A stretch of DNA of 57,492 nucleotides, filler included, from Moniliella sp. 'wahieum' (taxonomy: Eukaryota): assembly GCA_003971905.1 (NCBI GenBank). It is 3 parts of 3 records of this genome, joined end to end, with 100 filler letters (N's around TTAATTAATTAA, not from the genome) between each part and the next. Parts side by side here need not be neighbours in the genome. Positions count along the whole stretch, not along the records: positions 14,350 to 44,957 come from RSEE01000215.1; 2 more parts are not named here. One strand, written 5' to 3'. The notes under the pieces are model-generated. The model was not told where the DNA came from. It made no database searches and worked only from the letters and a program-made list of their open reading frames with translations. Both the position numbers and the translations under genes were made by a program. The first letter of the stretch is position 1; every line of letters begins with the position of its first letter. Below are positions 26,301 to 38,300 of this stretch, one piece after another.

Positions 26301-29300
26301 AATGGGTGGGGTGGGCATGCCCTTGTAAGTATCAGGTCGTACCCCAGGTTCAACTCCACCTCGGTCCGTCAATATTGGTCCGACCGGAATGAAAACTACC
26401 AGAGCCTCTAGACCTCGGTCAGGACTAGAGGCTGCACGAAACAGATCTGGAATAGGTCGAGGTTTGAGCCCTGCAGGTCGAGTAGAGGGTGATGTCACCG
26501 GTCAGACTTTCCACGGATGGTACTCGGTCAGTATTGGTCGGATCGAGATCCGGACCGGTGCTATCGCTTCTCCTGACCCAGCTCTACACACCAAGGTACT
26601 TCGATTCAGTCCAGGGGTCGGGGTTGAAGGGTGATGTTCACTCAACGATGTACGGTGACCGGTGATGCCTGTCACCCACGTCCCTCCTATGACAGGTACT
26701 AGATTCTACAAGGTGATCCTGGATCTGAATAGCCCAGGTCATCTCCTGGACTGGGACTACTGCTGTGGGAAGTGGGGGCTGGAACGGATGAGACCCCAAG
26801 TTGGCATGGTCACATCCACCCTGGGTACTATCGGTAGGCTACGCTAGGGTGCCCACGCGACGCAAGACCAGGCGTCAGATCGGAGTGAGAGTGGGATCGT
26901 TGGAAAGCTACGGCCTGGGGCTATTCAAAAAAACTCACTCCCCCGGTCTGCCAGTCAAAAGTTGTCTCAACCCTGAATGGGTGGGGTGGGCATGCCCTTG
27001 TAAGTATCAGGTCGTACCCCAGGTTCAACTCCACCTCGGTCCGTCAATATTGGTCCGACCGGAATGAAACTACCAGAGCCTCTAGACCTCGGTCAGGACT
27101 AGAGGCTGCACACGAAACAGATCTGGAATAGGTCGAGGTTTGAGCCCTGCAGGTCGAGTAGAGGGTGATGTCACCGGTCAGACTTTCCACGGATGGTACT
27201 CGGTCAGTATTGGTCGGATCGAGATCCGGACCGGTGCTATCGCTTCTCCTGACCCAGCTCTACACACCAAGGTACTTCGATTCAGTCCAGGGGTCGGGGT
27301 TGAAGGGTGATGTTCACTCAACGATGTACGGTGACCGGTGATGCCTGTCACCCACGTCCCTCCTATGACAGGTACTAGATTCTACAAGGTGATCCTGGAT
27401 CTGAATAGCCCCAGGTCATCTCCTGGACTGGGACTACTGCTGTGGGAAGTGGGGGCTGGAACGGATGAGACCCCAAGTTGGCATGGTCACATCCACCCTG
27501 GGTACTATCGGTAGGGCTACGCTAGGGTGCCCACGCGACGCAAGACCAGGCGTCAGATCGGAGTGAGAGTGGGATCGTTGGAAAGCTACGGCCTGGGGCT
27601 ATTCAAAAAAACTCACTCCCCCGGTCTGCCAGTCAAAAGTTGTCTCAACCTGAATGGGTGGGGTGGGCATGCCCTTGTAAGTATCAGGTCGTACCCCAGG
27701 TTCAACTCCACCTCGGTCCGTCAATATTGGTCCGACCGGAATGAAACTACCAGAGCCTCTAGACCTCGGTCAGGACTAGGGCTGCACGAAACAGATCTGG
27801 AATAGGTCGAGGTTTGAGCCCTGCAGGTCGAGTAGAGGGTGATGTCACCGGTCAGACTTTCCACGGATGGTACTCGGTCAGTATTGGTCGGATCGAGATC
27901 CGGACCGGTGCTATCGCTTCTCCTGACCCAGCTCTACACACCAAGGTACTTCGATTCAGTCCAGGGGTCGGGGTTGAAGGGTGATGTTCACTCAACGATG
28001 TACGGTGACCGGTGATGCCTGTCACCCACGTCCCTCCTATGACAGGTACTAGATTCTACAAGGTGATCCTGGATCTGAATAGCCCCAGGTCATCTCCTGG
28101 ACTGGGACTACTGCTGTGGGAAGTGGGGGCTGGAACGGATGAGACCCCAAGTTGGCATGGTCACATCCACCCTGGGTACTATCGGTAGGGCTACGCTAGG
28201 GTGCCCACGCGACGCAAGACCAGGCGTCAGATCGGAGTGAGAGTGGGATCGTTGGAAAGCTACGGCCTGGGGCTATTCAAAAAAACTCACTCCCCCGGTC
28301 TGCCAGTCAAAAGTTGTCTCAACCCTGAATGGGTGGGGTGGGCATGCCCTTGTAAGTATCAGGTCGTACCCCAGGTTCAACTCCACCTCGGTCCGTCAAT
28401 ATTGGTCCGACCGGAATGAAACTACCAGAGCCTCTAGACCTCGGTCAGGACTAGAGGCTGCACGAAACAGATCTGGAATAGGTCGAGGTTTGAGCCCTGC
28501 AGGTCGAGTAGAGGGTGATGTCACCGGTCAGACTTTCCACGGATGGTACTCGGTCAGTATTGGTCGGATCGAGATCCGGACCGGTGCTATCGCTTCTCCT
28601 GACCCAGCTCTACACACCAAGGTACTTCGATTCAGTCCAGGGGTCGGGGTTGAAGGGTGATGTTCACTCAACGATGTACGGTGACCGGTGATGCCTGTCA
28701 CCCACGTCCCTCCTATGACAGGTACTAGATTCTACAAGGTGATCCTGGATCTGAATAGCCCAGGTCATCTCCTGGACTGGGACTACTGCTGTGGGAAGTG
28801 GGGGCTGGAACGGATGAGACCCCAAGTTGGCATGGTCACATCCACCCTGGGTACTATCGGTAGGGCTACGCTAGGGTGCCACGCGACGCAAGACCAGGCG
28901 TCAGATCGGAGTGAGAGTGGGATCGTTGGAAAGCTACGGCCTGGGGCTATTCAAAAAAACTCACTCCCCCGGTCTGCCAGTCAAAAGTTGTCTCAACCCT
29001 GAATGGGTGGGGTGGGCATGCCCTTGTAAGTATCAGGTCGTACCCCAGGTTCAACTCCACCTCGGTCCGTCAATATTGGTCCGACCGGAATGAAACTACC
29101 AGAGCCTCTAGACCTCGGTCAGGACTAGAGGCTGCACGAAACAGATCTGGAATAGGTCGAGGTTTGAGCCCTGCAGGTCGAGTAGAGGGTGATGTCACCG
29201 GTCAGACTTTCCACGGATGGTACTCGGTCAGTATTGGTCGGATCGAGATCCGGACCGGTGCTATCGCTCTCCTGACCCAGCTCTACACACCAAGGTACTT

Positions 29301-32300
29301 CGATTCAGTCCAGGGGTCGGGTGGGTTGAAGGGTGATGTTCACTCAACGATGTACGGTGACCGGTGATGCCTGTCACCCACGTCCCTCCTATGACAGGTA
29401 CTAGATTCTACAAGGTGATCCTGGATCTGAATAGCCCCAGGTCATCTCCTGGACTGGGACTACTGTGGGAAGTGGGGGCTGGAACGGATGAGACCCCAAG
29501 TTGGCATGGTCACATCCACCCTGGGTACTATCGGTAGGGCTACGCTAGGGTGCCCACGCGACGCAAGACCAGGCGTCAGATCGGAGTGAGAGTGGGATCG
29601 TTGGAAAGCTACGGCCTGGGGCTATTCAAAAAAACTCATCCCCCGGTCTGCCAGTCAAAAGTTGTCTCAACCTGAATGGGTGGGGTGGGCATGCCCTTGT
29701 AAGTATCAGGTCGTACCCCAGGTTCAACTCCACCTCGGTCCGTCAATATTGGTCCGACCGGAATGAAACTACCAGAGCCTCTAGACCTCGGTCAGGACTA
29801 GAGGCTGCACGAAACAGATCTGGAATAGGTCGAGGTTTGAGCCCTGCAGGTCGAGTAGAGGGTGATGTCACCGGTCAGACTTTCCACGGATGGTACTCGG
29901 TCAGTATGGTCGGATCGAGATCCGGACCGGTGCTATCGCTTCTCCTGACCCAGCTCTACACACCAAGGTACTTCGATTCAGTCCAGGGGTCGGGGTTGAA
30001 GGGTGATGTTCACTCAACGATGTACGGTGACCGGTGATGCCTGTCACCCACGTCCCTCCTATGACAGGTACTAGATTCTACAAGGTGATCCTGGATCTGA
30101 ATAGCCCCAGGTCATCTCCTGGACTGGGACTACTGCTGTGGGAAGTGGGGGCTGGAACGGATGAGACCCCAAGTTGGCATGGTCACATCCACCCTGGGTA
30201 CTATCGGTAGGGCTACGCTAGGGTGCCCACGCGACGCAAGACCAGGCGTCAGATCGGAGTGAGAGTGGGATCGTTGGAAAGCTACGGCCTGGGGCTATTC
30301 AAAAAAAACTCACTCCCCCGGTCTGCCAGTCAAAAGTTGTCTCAACCCTGAATGGGTGGGGTGGGCATGCCCTTGTAAGTATCAGGTCGTACCCCAGGTT
30401 CAACTCCACCTCGGTCCGTCAATATTGGTCCGACCGGAATGAAACTACCAGAGCCTCTAGACCTCGGTCAGGACTAGAGGCTGCACGAAACAGATCTGGA
30501 ATAGGTCGAGGTTTGAGCCTGCAGGTCGAGTAGAGGGTGATGTCACCGGTCAGACTTTCCACGGATGGTACTCGGTCAGTATTGGTCGGATCGAGATCCG
30601 GACCGGTGCTATCGCTTCTCCTGACCCAGCTCTACACACCAAGGTACTTCGATTCAGTCCAGGGGTCGGGGTTGAAGGGTGATGTTCACTCAACGATGTA
30701 CGGTGACCGGTGATGCCTGTCACCCACGTCCCTCCTATGACAGGTACTAGATTCTACAAGGTGATCCTGGATCTGAATAGCCCAGGTCATCTCCTGGACT
30801 GGGACTACTGCTGTGGGAAGTGGGGGCTGGAACGGATGAGACCCCAAGTTGGCATGGTCACATCCACCCTGGGTACTATCGGTAGGGCTACGCTAGGGTG
30901 CCCACGCGACGCAAGACCAGGCGTCAGATCGGAGTGAGAGTGGGATCGTTGGAAAGCTACGGCCTGGGGCTATTCAAAAAAACTCACTCCCCCGGTCTGC
31001 CAGTCAAAAGTTGTCTCAACCCTGAATGGGTGGGGTGGGCATGCCCTTGTAAGTATCAGGTCGTACCCCAGGTTCAACTCCACCTCGGTCCGTCAATATT
31101 GGTCCGACCGGAATGAAACTACCAGAGCCTCTAGACCTCGGTCAGGACTAGAGGCTGCACGAAACAGATCTGGAATAGGTCGAGGTTTGAGCCCTGCAGG
31201 TCGAGTAGAGGGTGATGTCACCGGTCAGACTTTCCACGGATGGTACTCGGTCAGTATTGGTCGGATCGAGATCCGGACCGGTGCTATCGCTTCTCCTGAC
31301 CCAGCTCTACACACCAAGGTACTTCGATTCAGTCCAGGGGTCGGGGTTGAAGGGTGATGTTCACTCAACGATGTACGGTGACCGGTGATGCCTGTCACCC
31401 ACGTCCCTCCTATGACAGGTACTAGATTCTACAAGGTGATCCTGGATCTGAATAGCCCCAGGTCATCTCCTGGACTGGGACTACTGCTGTGGGAAGTGGG
31501 GGCTGGAACGGATGAGACCCCAAGTTGGCATGGTCACATCCACCCTGGGTACTATCGGTAGGGCTACGCTAGGGTGCCCACGCGACGCAAGACCAGGCGT
31601 CAGATCGGAGTGAGAGTGGGATCGTTGGAAAGCTACGGCCTGGGGCTATTCAAAAAAACTCACTCCCCGGTCTGCCAGTCAAAAGTTGTCTCAACCCTGA
31701 ATGGGTGGGGGGGCCCTTGTAAGTATCAGGTCGTACCCCAGGTTCAACTCCACCTCGGTCCGTCAATATTGGTCCGACCGGAATGAAACTACCAGAGCCT
31801 CTAGACCTCGGTCAGGACTAGAGGCTGCACGAAACAGATCTGGAATAGGTCGAGGTTTGAGCCCTGCAGGTCGAGTAGAGGGTGATGTCACCGGTCAGAC
31901 TTTCCACGGATGGTACTCGGTCAGTATTGGTCGGATCGAGATCCGGACCGGTGCTATCGCTTCTCCTGACCCAGCTCTACACACCAAGGTACTTCGATTC
32001 AGTCCAGGGGTCGGGGTTGAAGGGTGATGTTCACTCAACGATGTACGGTGACCGGTGATGCCTGTCACCCACGTCCCTCCTATGACAGGTACTAGATTCT
32101 ACAAGGTGATCCTGGATCTGAATAGCCCCAGGTCATCTCCTGGACTGGGACTACTGCTGTGGGAAGTGGGGGCTGGAACGGATGAGACCCCAAGTTGGCA
32201 TGGTCACATCCACCCTGGGTACTATCGGTAGGGCTACGCTAGGGTGCCCACGCGACGCAAGACCAGGCGTCAGATCGGAGTGAGAGTGGGATCGTTGGAA

Positions 32301-35300
32301 AGCTACGGCCTGGGGCTATTCAAAAAAACTCACCCCCGGTCTGCCAGTCAAAAGTTGTCTCAACCCTGAATGGGGGGGTGGGCATGCCCTTGTAAGTATC
32401 AGGTCGTACCCCAGGTTCAACTCCACCTCGGTCCGTCAATATTGGTCCGACCGGAATGAAACCAGAGCCTCTAGACCTCGGTCAGGACTAGAGGCTGCAC
32501 GAAACAGATCTGGAATAGGTCGAGGTTTGAGCCCTGCAGGTCGAGTAGAGGGTGATGTCACCGGTCAGACTTTCCACGGATGGTACTCGGTCAGTATTGG
32601 TCGGATCGAGATCCGGACCGGTGCTATCGCTTCTCCTGACCCAGCTACACACCAAGGTACTTCGATTCAGTCCAGGGGTCGGGGTTGAAGGGTGATGTTC
32701 ACTCAACGATGTACGGTGACCGGTGATGCCTGTCACCCACGTCCCTCCTATGACAGGTACTAGATTCTACAAGGTGATCCTGGATCTGAATAGCCCCAGG
32801 TCATCTCCTGGACTGGGACTACTGCTGTGGGAAGTGGGGGCTGGAACGGATGAGACCCCAAGTTGGCATGGTCACATCCATCCCCTGGGTACTATCGGTA
32901 GGGCTACGCTAGGGTGCCCACGCGACGCAAGACCAGGCGTCAGATCGGAGTGAGAGTGGGATCGTTGGAAAGCTACGGCCTGGGGCTATTCAAAAAAACT
33001 CACTCCCCCGGTCTGCCAGTCAAAAGTTGTCTCAACCCTGAATGGGTGGGGTGGGCATGCCTTGTAAGTATCAGGTCGTACCCCAGGTTCAACTCCACCT
33101 CGGTCCGTCAATATTGGTCCGACCGGAATGAAACTACCAGAGCCTCTAGACCTCGGTCAGGACTAGAGGCTGCACGAAACAGATCTGGAATAGGTCGAGG
33201 TTTGAGCCCTGCAGGTCGAGTAGAGGGTGATGTCACCGGTCAGACTTTCCACGGATGGTACTCGGTCAGTATTGGTCGGATCGAGATCCGGACCGGTGCT
33301 ATCGCTTCTCCTGACCCAGCTCTACACACCAAGGTACTTCGATTCAGTCCAGGGGTCGGGGTTGAAGGGTGATGTTCACTCAACGATGTACGGTGACCGG
33401 TGATGCCTGTCACCCACGTCCCTCCTATGACAGGTACTAGATTCTACAAGGTGATCCTGGATCTGAATAGCCCCAGGTCATCTCCTGGACTGGGACTACT
33501 GCTGTGGGAAGTGGGGGCTGGAACGGATGAGACCCCAAGTTGGCATGGTCACATCCACCCTGGGTACTATCGGTAGGGCTACGCTAGGGTGCCCACGCGA
33601 CGCAAGACCAGGCGTCAGATCGGAGTGAGAGTGGGATCGTTGGAAAGCTACGGCCTGGGGCTATTCAAAAAAACTCACTCCCCCGGTCTGCCAGTCAAAA
33701 GTTGTCTCAACCCTGAATGGGTGGGGTGGGCATGCCCTTGTAAGTATCAGGTCGTACCCCAGGTTCAACTCCACCTCGGTCCGTCAATATTGGTCCGACC
33801 GGAATGAAACTACCAGAGCCTCTAGACCTCGGTCAGGACTAGAGGCTGCACGAAACAGATCTGGAATAGGTCGAGGTTTGAGCCCTGCAGGTCGAGTAGA
33901 GGGTGATGTCACCGGTCAGACTTTCCACGGATGGTACTCGGTCAGTATGGTCGGATCGAGATCCGGACCGGTGCTATCGCTTTCCTGACCCAGCTCTACA
34001 CACCAAGGTACTTCGATTCAGTCCAGGGGTCGGGGGTTGAAGGGTGATGTTCACTCAACGATGTACGGTGACCGGTGATGCCTGTCACCCACGTCCCTCC
34101 TATGACAGGTACTAGATTCTACAAGGTGATCCTGGATCTGAATAGCCCCAGGTCATCTCCTGGACTGGGACTACTGCTGTGGGAAGTGGGGGCTGGAACG
34201 GATGAGACCCAAGTTGGCATGGTCACATCCACCCTGGGTACTATCGGTAGGGCTACGCTAGGGTGCCCACGCGACGCAAGACCAGGCGTCAGATCGGAGT
34301 GAGAGTGGGATCGTTGGAAAGCTACGGCCTGGGGCTATTCAAAAAAACTCACTCCCCCGGTCTGCCAGTCAAAAGTTGTCTCAACCCTGAATGGGTGGGG
34401 TGGGCATGCCCTTGTAAGTATCAGGTCGTACCCCAGGTTCAACTCCACCTCGGTCCGTCAATATTGGTCCGACCGGAATGAAACTACCAGAGCCTCTAGA
34501 CCTCGGTCAGGACTAGAGGCTGCACGAAACAACAGATCTGGAATAGGTCGAGGTTTGAGCCCTGCAGGTCGAGTAGAGGGTGATGTCACCGGTCAGACTT
34601 TCCACGGATGGTACTCGGTCAGTATTGGTCGGATCGAGATCCGGACCGGTGCTATCGCTTCTCCTGACCCAGCTCTACACACCAAGGTACTTCGATTCAG
34701 TCCAGGGGTCGGGGTTGAAGGGTGATGTTCACTCAACGATGTACGGTGACCGGTGATGCCTGTCACCCACGTCCCTCCTATGACAGGTACTAGATTCTAC
34801 AAGGTGATCCTGGATCTGAATAGCCCCAGGTCATCTCCTGGACTGGGACTACTGCTGTGGGAAGTGGGGGCTGGAACGGATGAGACCCCAAGTTGGCATG
34901 GTCACATCCACCCTGGGTACTATCGGTAGGGCTACGCTAGGGTGCCCACGCGACGCAAGACCAGGCGTCAGATCGGAGTGAGAGTGGGATCGTTGGAAAG
35001 CTACGGCCTGGGGCTATTCAAAAAAACTCACTCCCCCGGTCTGCCAGTCAAAAGTTGTCTCAACCCTGAATGGGTGGGGTGGGCATGCCCTTGTAAGTAT
35101 CAGGTCGTACCCCAGGTTCAACTCCACCTCGGTCCGTCAATATTGGTCCGACCGGAATGAAACTACCAGAGCCTCTAGACCTCGGTCAGGACTAGAGGCT
35201 GCACGAAACAGATCTGGAATAGGTCGAGGTTTGAGCCCTGCAGGTCGAGTAGAGGGTGATGTCACCGGTCAGACTTTCCACGGATGGTACTCGGTCAGTA

Positions 35301-38300
35301 TTGGTCGGATCGAGATCCGGACCGGTGCTATCGCTTCTCCTGACCCAGCTCTACACACCAAGGTACTTCGATTCAGTCCAGGGGTCGGGGTTGAAGGGTG
35401 ATGTTCACTCAACGATGTACGGTGACCGGTGATGCCTGTCACCCACGTCCCTCCTATGACAGGTACTAGATTCTACAAGGTGATCCTGGATCTGAATAGC
35501 CCCAGGTCATCTCCTGGACTGGGACTACTGCTGTGGGAAGTGGGGGCTGGAACGGATGAGACCCCAAGTTGGCATGGTCACATCCCTGGGTACTATCGGT
35601 AGGGCTACGCTAGGGTGCCCACGCGACGCAAGACCAGGCGTCAGATCGGAGTGAGAGTGGGATCGTTGGAAAGCTACGGCCTGGGGCTATTCAAAAAAAC
35701 TCACCCCGGTCTGCCAGTCAAAAGTTGTCTCAACCCTGAATGGGTGGGGTGGGCATGCCCTTGTAAGTATCAGGTCGTACCCCAGGTTCAACTCCACCTC
35801 GGTCCGTCAATATTGGTCCGACCGGAATGAAAACTACCAGAGCCTCTAGACCTCGGTCAGGACTAGAGGCTGCACGAAACAGATCTGGAATAGGTCGAGG
35901 TTTGAGCCCTGCAGGTCGAGTAGAGGGTGATGTCACCGGTCAGACTTTCCACGGATGGTACTCGGTCAGTATTGGTCGGATCGAGATCCGGACCGGTGCT
36001 ATCGCTTCTCCTGACCCAGCTCTACACACCAAGGTACTTCGATTCAGTCCAGGGGTCGGGGTTGAAGGGTGATGTTCACTCAACGATGTACGGTGACCGG
36101 TGATGCCTGTCACCCACGTCCTCCTATGACAGGTACTAGATTCTACAAGGTGATCCTGGATCTGAATAGCCCCAGGTCATCTCCTGGACTGGGACTACTG
36201 CTGTGGGAAGTGGGGGCTGGAACGGATGAGACCCCAAGTTGGCATGGTCACATCCACCCTGGGTACTATCGGTAGGGCTACGCTAGGGTGCCCACGCGAC
36301 GCAAGACCAGGCGTCAGATCGGAGTGAGAGTGGGATCGTTGGAAAGCTACGGCCTGGGGCTATTCAAAAAAACTCACTCCCCCGGTCTGCCAGTCAAAAG
36401 TTGTCTCAACCCTGAATGGGTGGGGTGGGCATGCCCTTGTAAGTATCAGGTCGTACCCCAGGTTCAACTCCACCTCGGTCCGTCAATATTGGTCCGACCG
36501 GAATGAAACTACCAGAGCCTCTAGACCTCGGTCAGGACTAGAGGCTGCACGAAACAGATCTGGAATAGGTCGAGGTTTGAGCCCTGCAGGTCGAGTAGAG
36601 GGTGATGTCACCGGTCAGACTTTCCACGGATGGTACTCGGTCAGTATTGGTCGGATCGAGATCCGGACCGGTGCTATCGCTTCTCCTGACCCAGCTCTAC
36701 ACACCAAGGTACTTCGATTCAGTCCAGGGGTCGGGGTTGAAGGGTGATGTTCACTCAACGATGTACGGTGACCGGTGATGCCTGTCACCCACGTCCCTCC
36801 TATGACAGGTACTAGATTCTACAAGGTGATCCTGGATCTGAATAGCCCCAGGTCATCTCCTGGACTGGGACTACTGCTGTGGGAAGTGGGGGCTGGAACG
36901 GATGAGACCCCAAGTTGGCATGGTCACATCCACCCTGGGTACTATCGGTAGGGCTACGCTAGGGTGCCCACGCGACGCAAGACCAGGCGTCAGATCGGAG
37001 TGAGAGTGGGATCGTTGGAAAGCTACGGCCTGGGGCTATTCAAAAAAACTCACTCCCCCGGTCTGCCAGTCAAAAGTTGTCTCAACCCTGAATGGGTGGG
37101 GTGGGCATGCCCTTGTAAGTATCAGGTCGTACCCCAGGTTCAACTCCACCTCGGTCCGTCAATATTGGTCCGACCGGAATGAAACTACCAGAGCCTCTAG
37201 ACCTCGGTCAGGACTAGAGGCTGCACGAAACAGATCTGGAATAGGTCGAGGTTTGAGCCCTGCAGGTCGAGTAGAGGGTGATGTCACCGGTCAGACTTTC
37301 CACGGATGGTACTCGGTCAGTATTGGTCGGATCGAGATCCGGACCGGTGCTATCGCTTCTCCTGACCCAGCTCTACACACCAAGGTACTTCGATTCAGTC
37401 CAGGGGTCGGGGTTGAAGGGTGATGTTCACTCAACGATGTACGGTGACCGGTGATGCCTGTCACCCACGTCCCTCCTATGACAGGTACTAGATTCTACAA
37501 GGTGATCCTGGATCTGAATAGCCCCAGGTCATCTCCTGGACTGGGACTACTGCTGTGGGAAGTGGGGGGCTGGAACGGATGAGACCCCAAGTTGGCATGG
37601 TCACATCCACCCTGGGTACTATCGGTAGGGCTACGCTAGGGTGCCCACGCGACGCAAGACCAGGCGTCAGATCGGAGTGAGAGTGGGATCGTTGGAAAGC
37701 TACGGCCTGGGGCTATTCAAAAAAAACTCACTCCCCCGGTCTGCCAGTCAAAAGTTGTCTCAACCCTGAATGGGTGGGGTGGGCATGCCCTTGTAAGTAT
37801 CAGGTCGTACCCCAGGTTCAACTCCACCTCGGTCCGTCAATATTGGTCCGACCGGAATGAAAACTACCAGAGCCTCTAGACCTCGGTCAGGACTAGAGGC
37901 TGCACGAAACAGATCTGGAATAGGTCGAGGTTTGAGCCCTGCAGGTCGAGTAGAGGGTGATGTCACCGGTCAGACTTTCCACGGATGGTACTCGGTCAGT
38001 ATTGGTCGGATCGAGATCCGGACCGGTGCTATCGCTTCTCCTGACCCAGCTCTACACACCAAGGTACTTCGATTCAGTCCAGGGGTCGGGGTTGAAGGGT
38101 GATGTTCACTCAACGATGTACGGTGACCGGTGATGCCTGTCACCCACGTCCCTCCTATGACAGGTACTAGATTCTACAAGGTGATCCTGGATCTGAATAG
38201 CCCCAGGTCATCTCCTGGACTGGGACTACTGCTGTGGGAAGTGGGGGCTGGAACGGATGAGACCCCAAGTTGGCATGGTCACATCCACCTGGGTACTATC

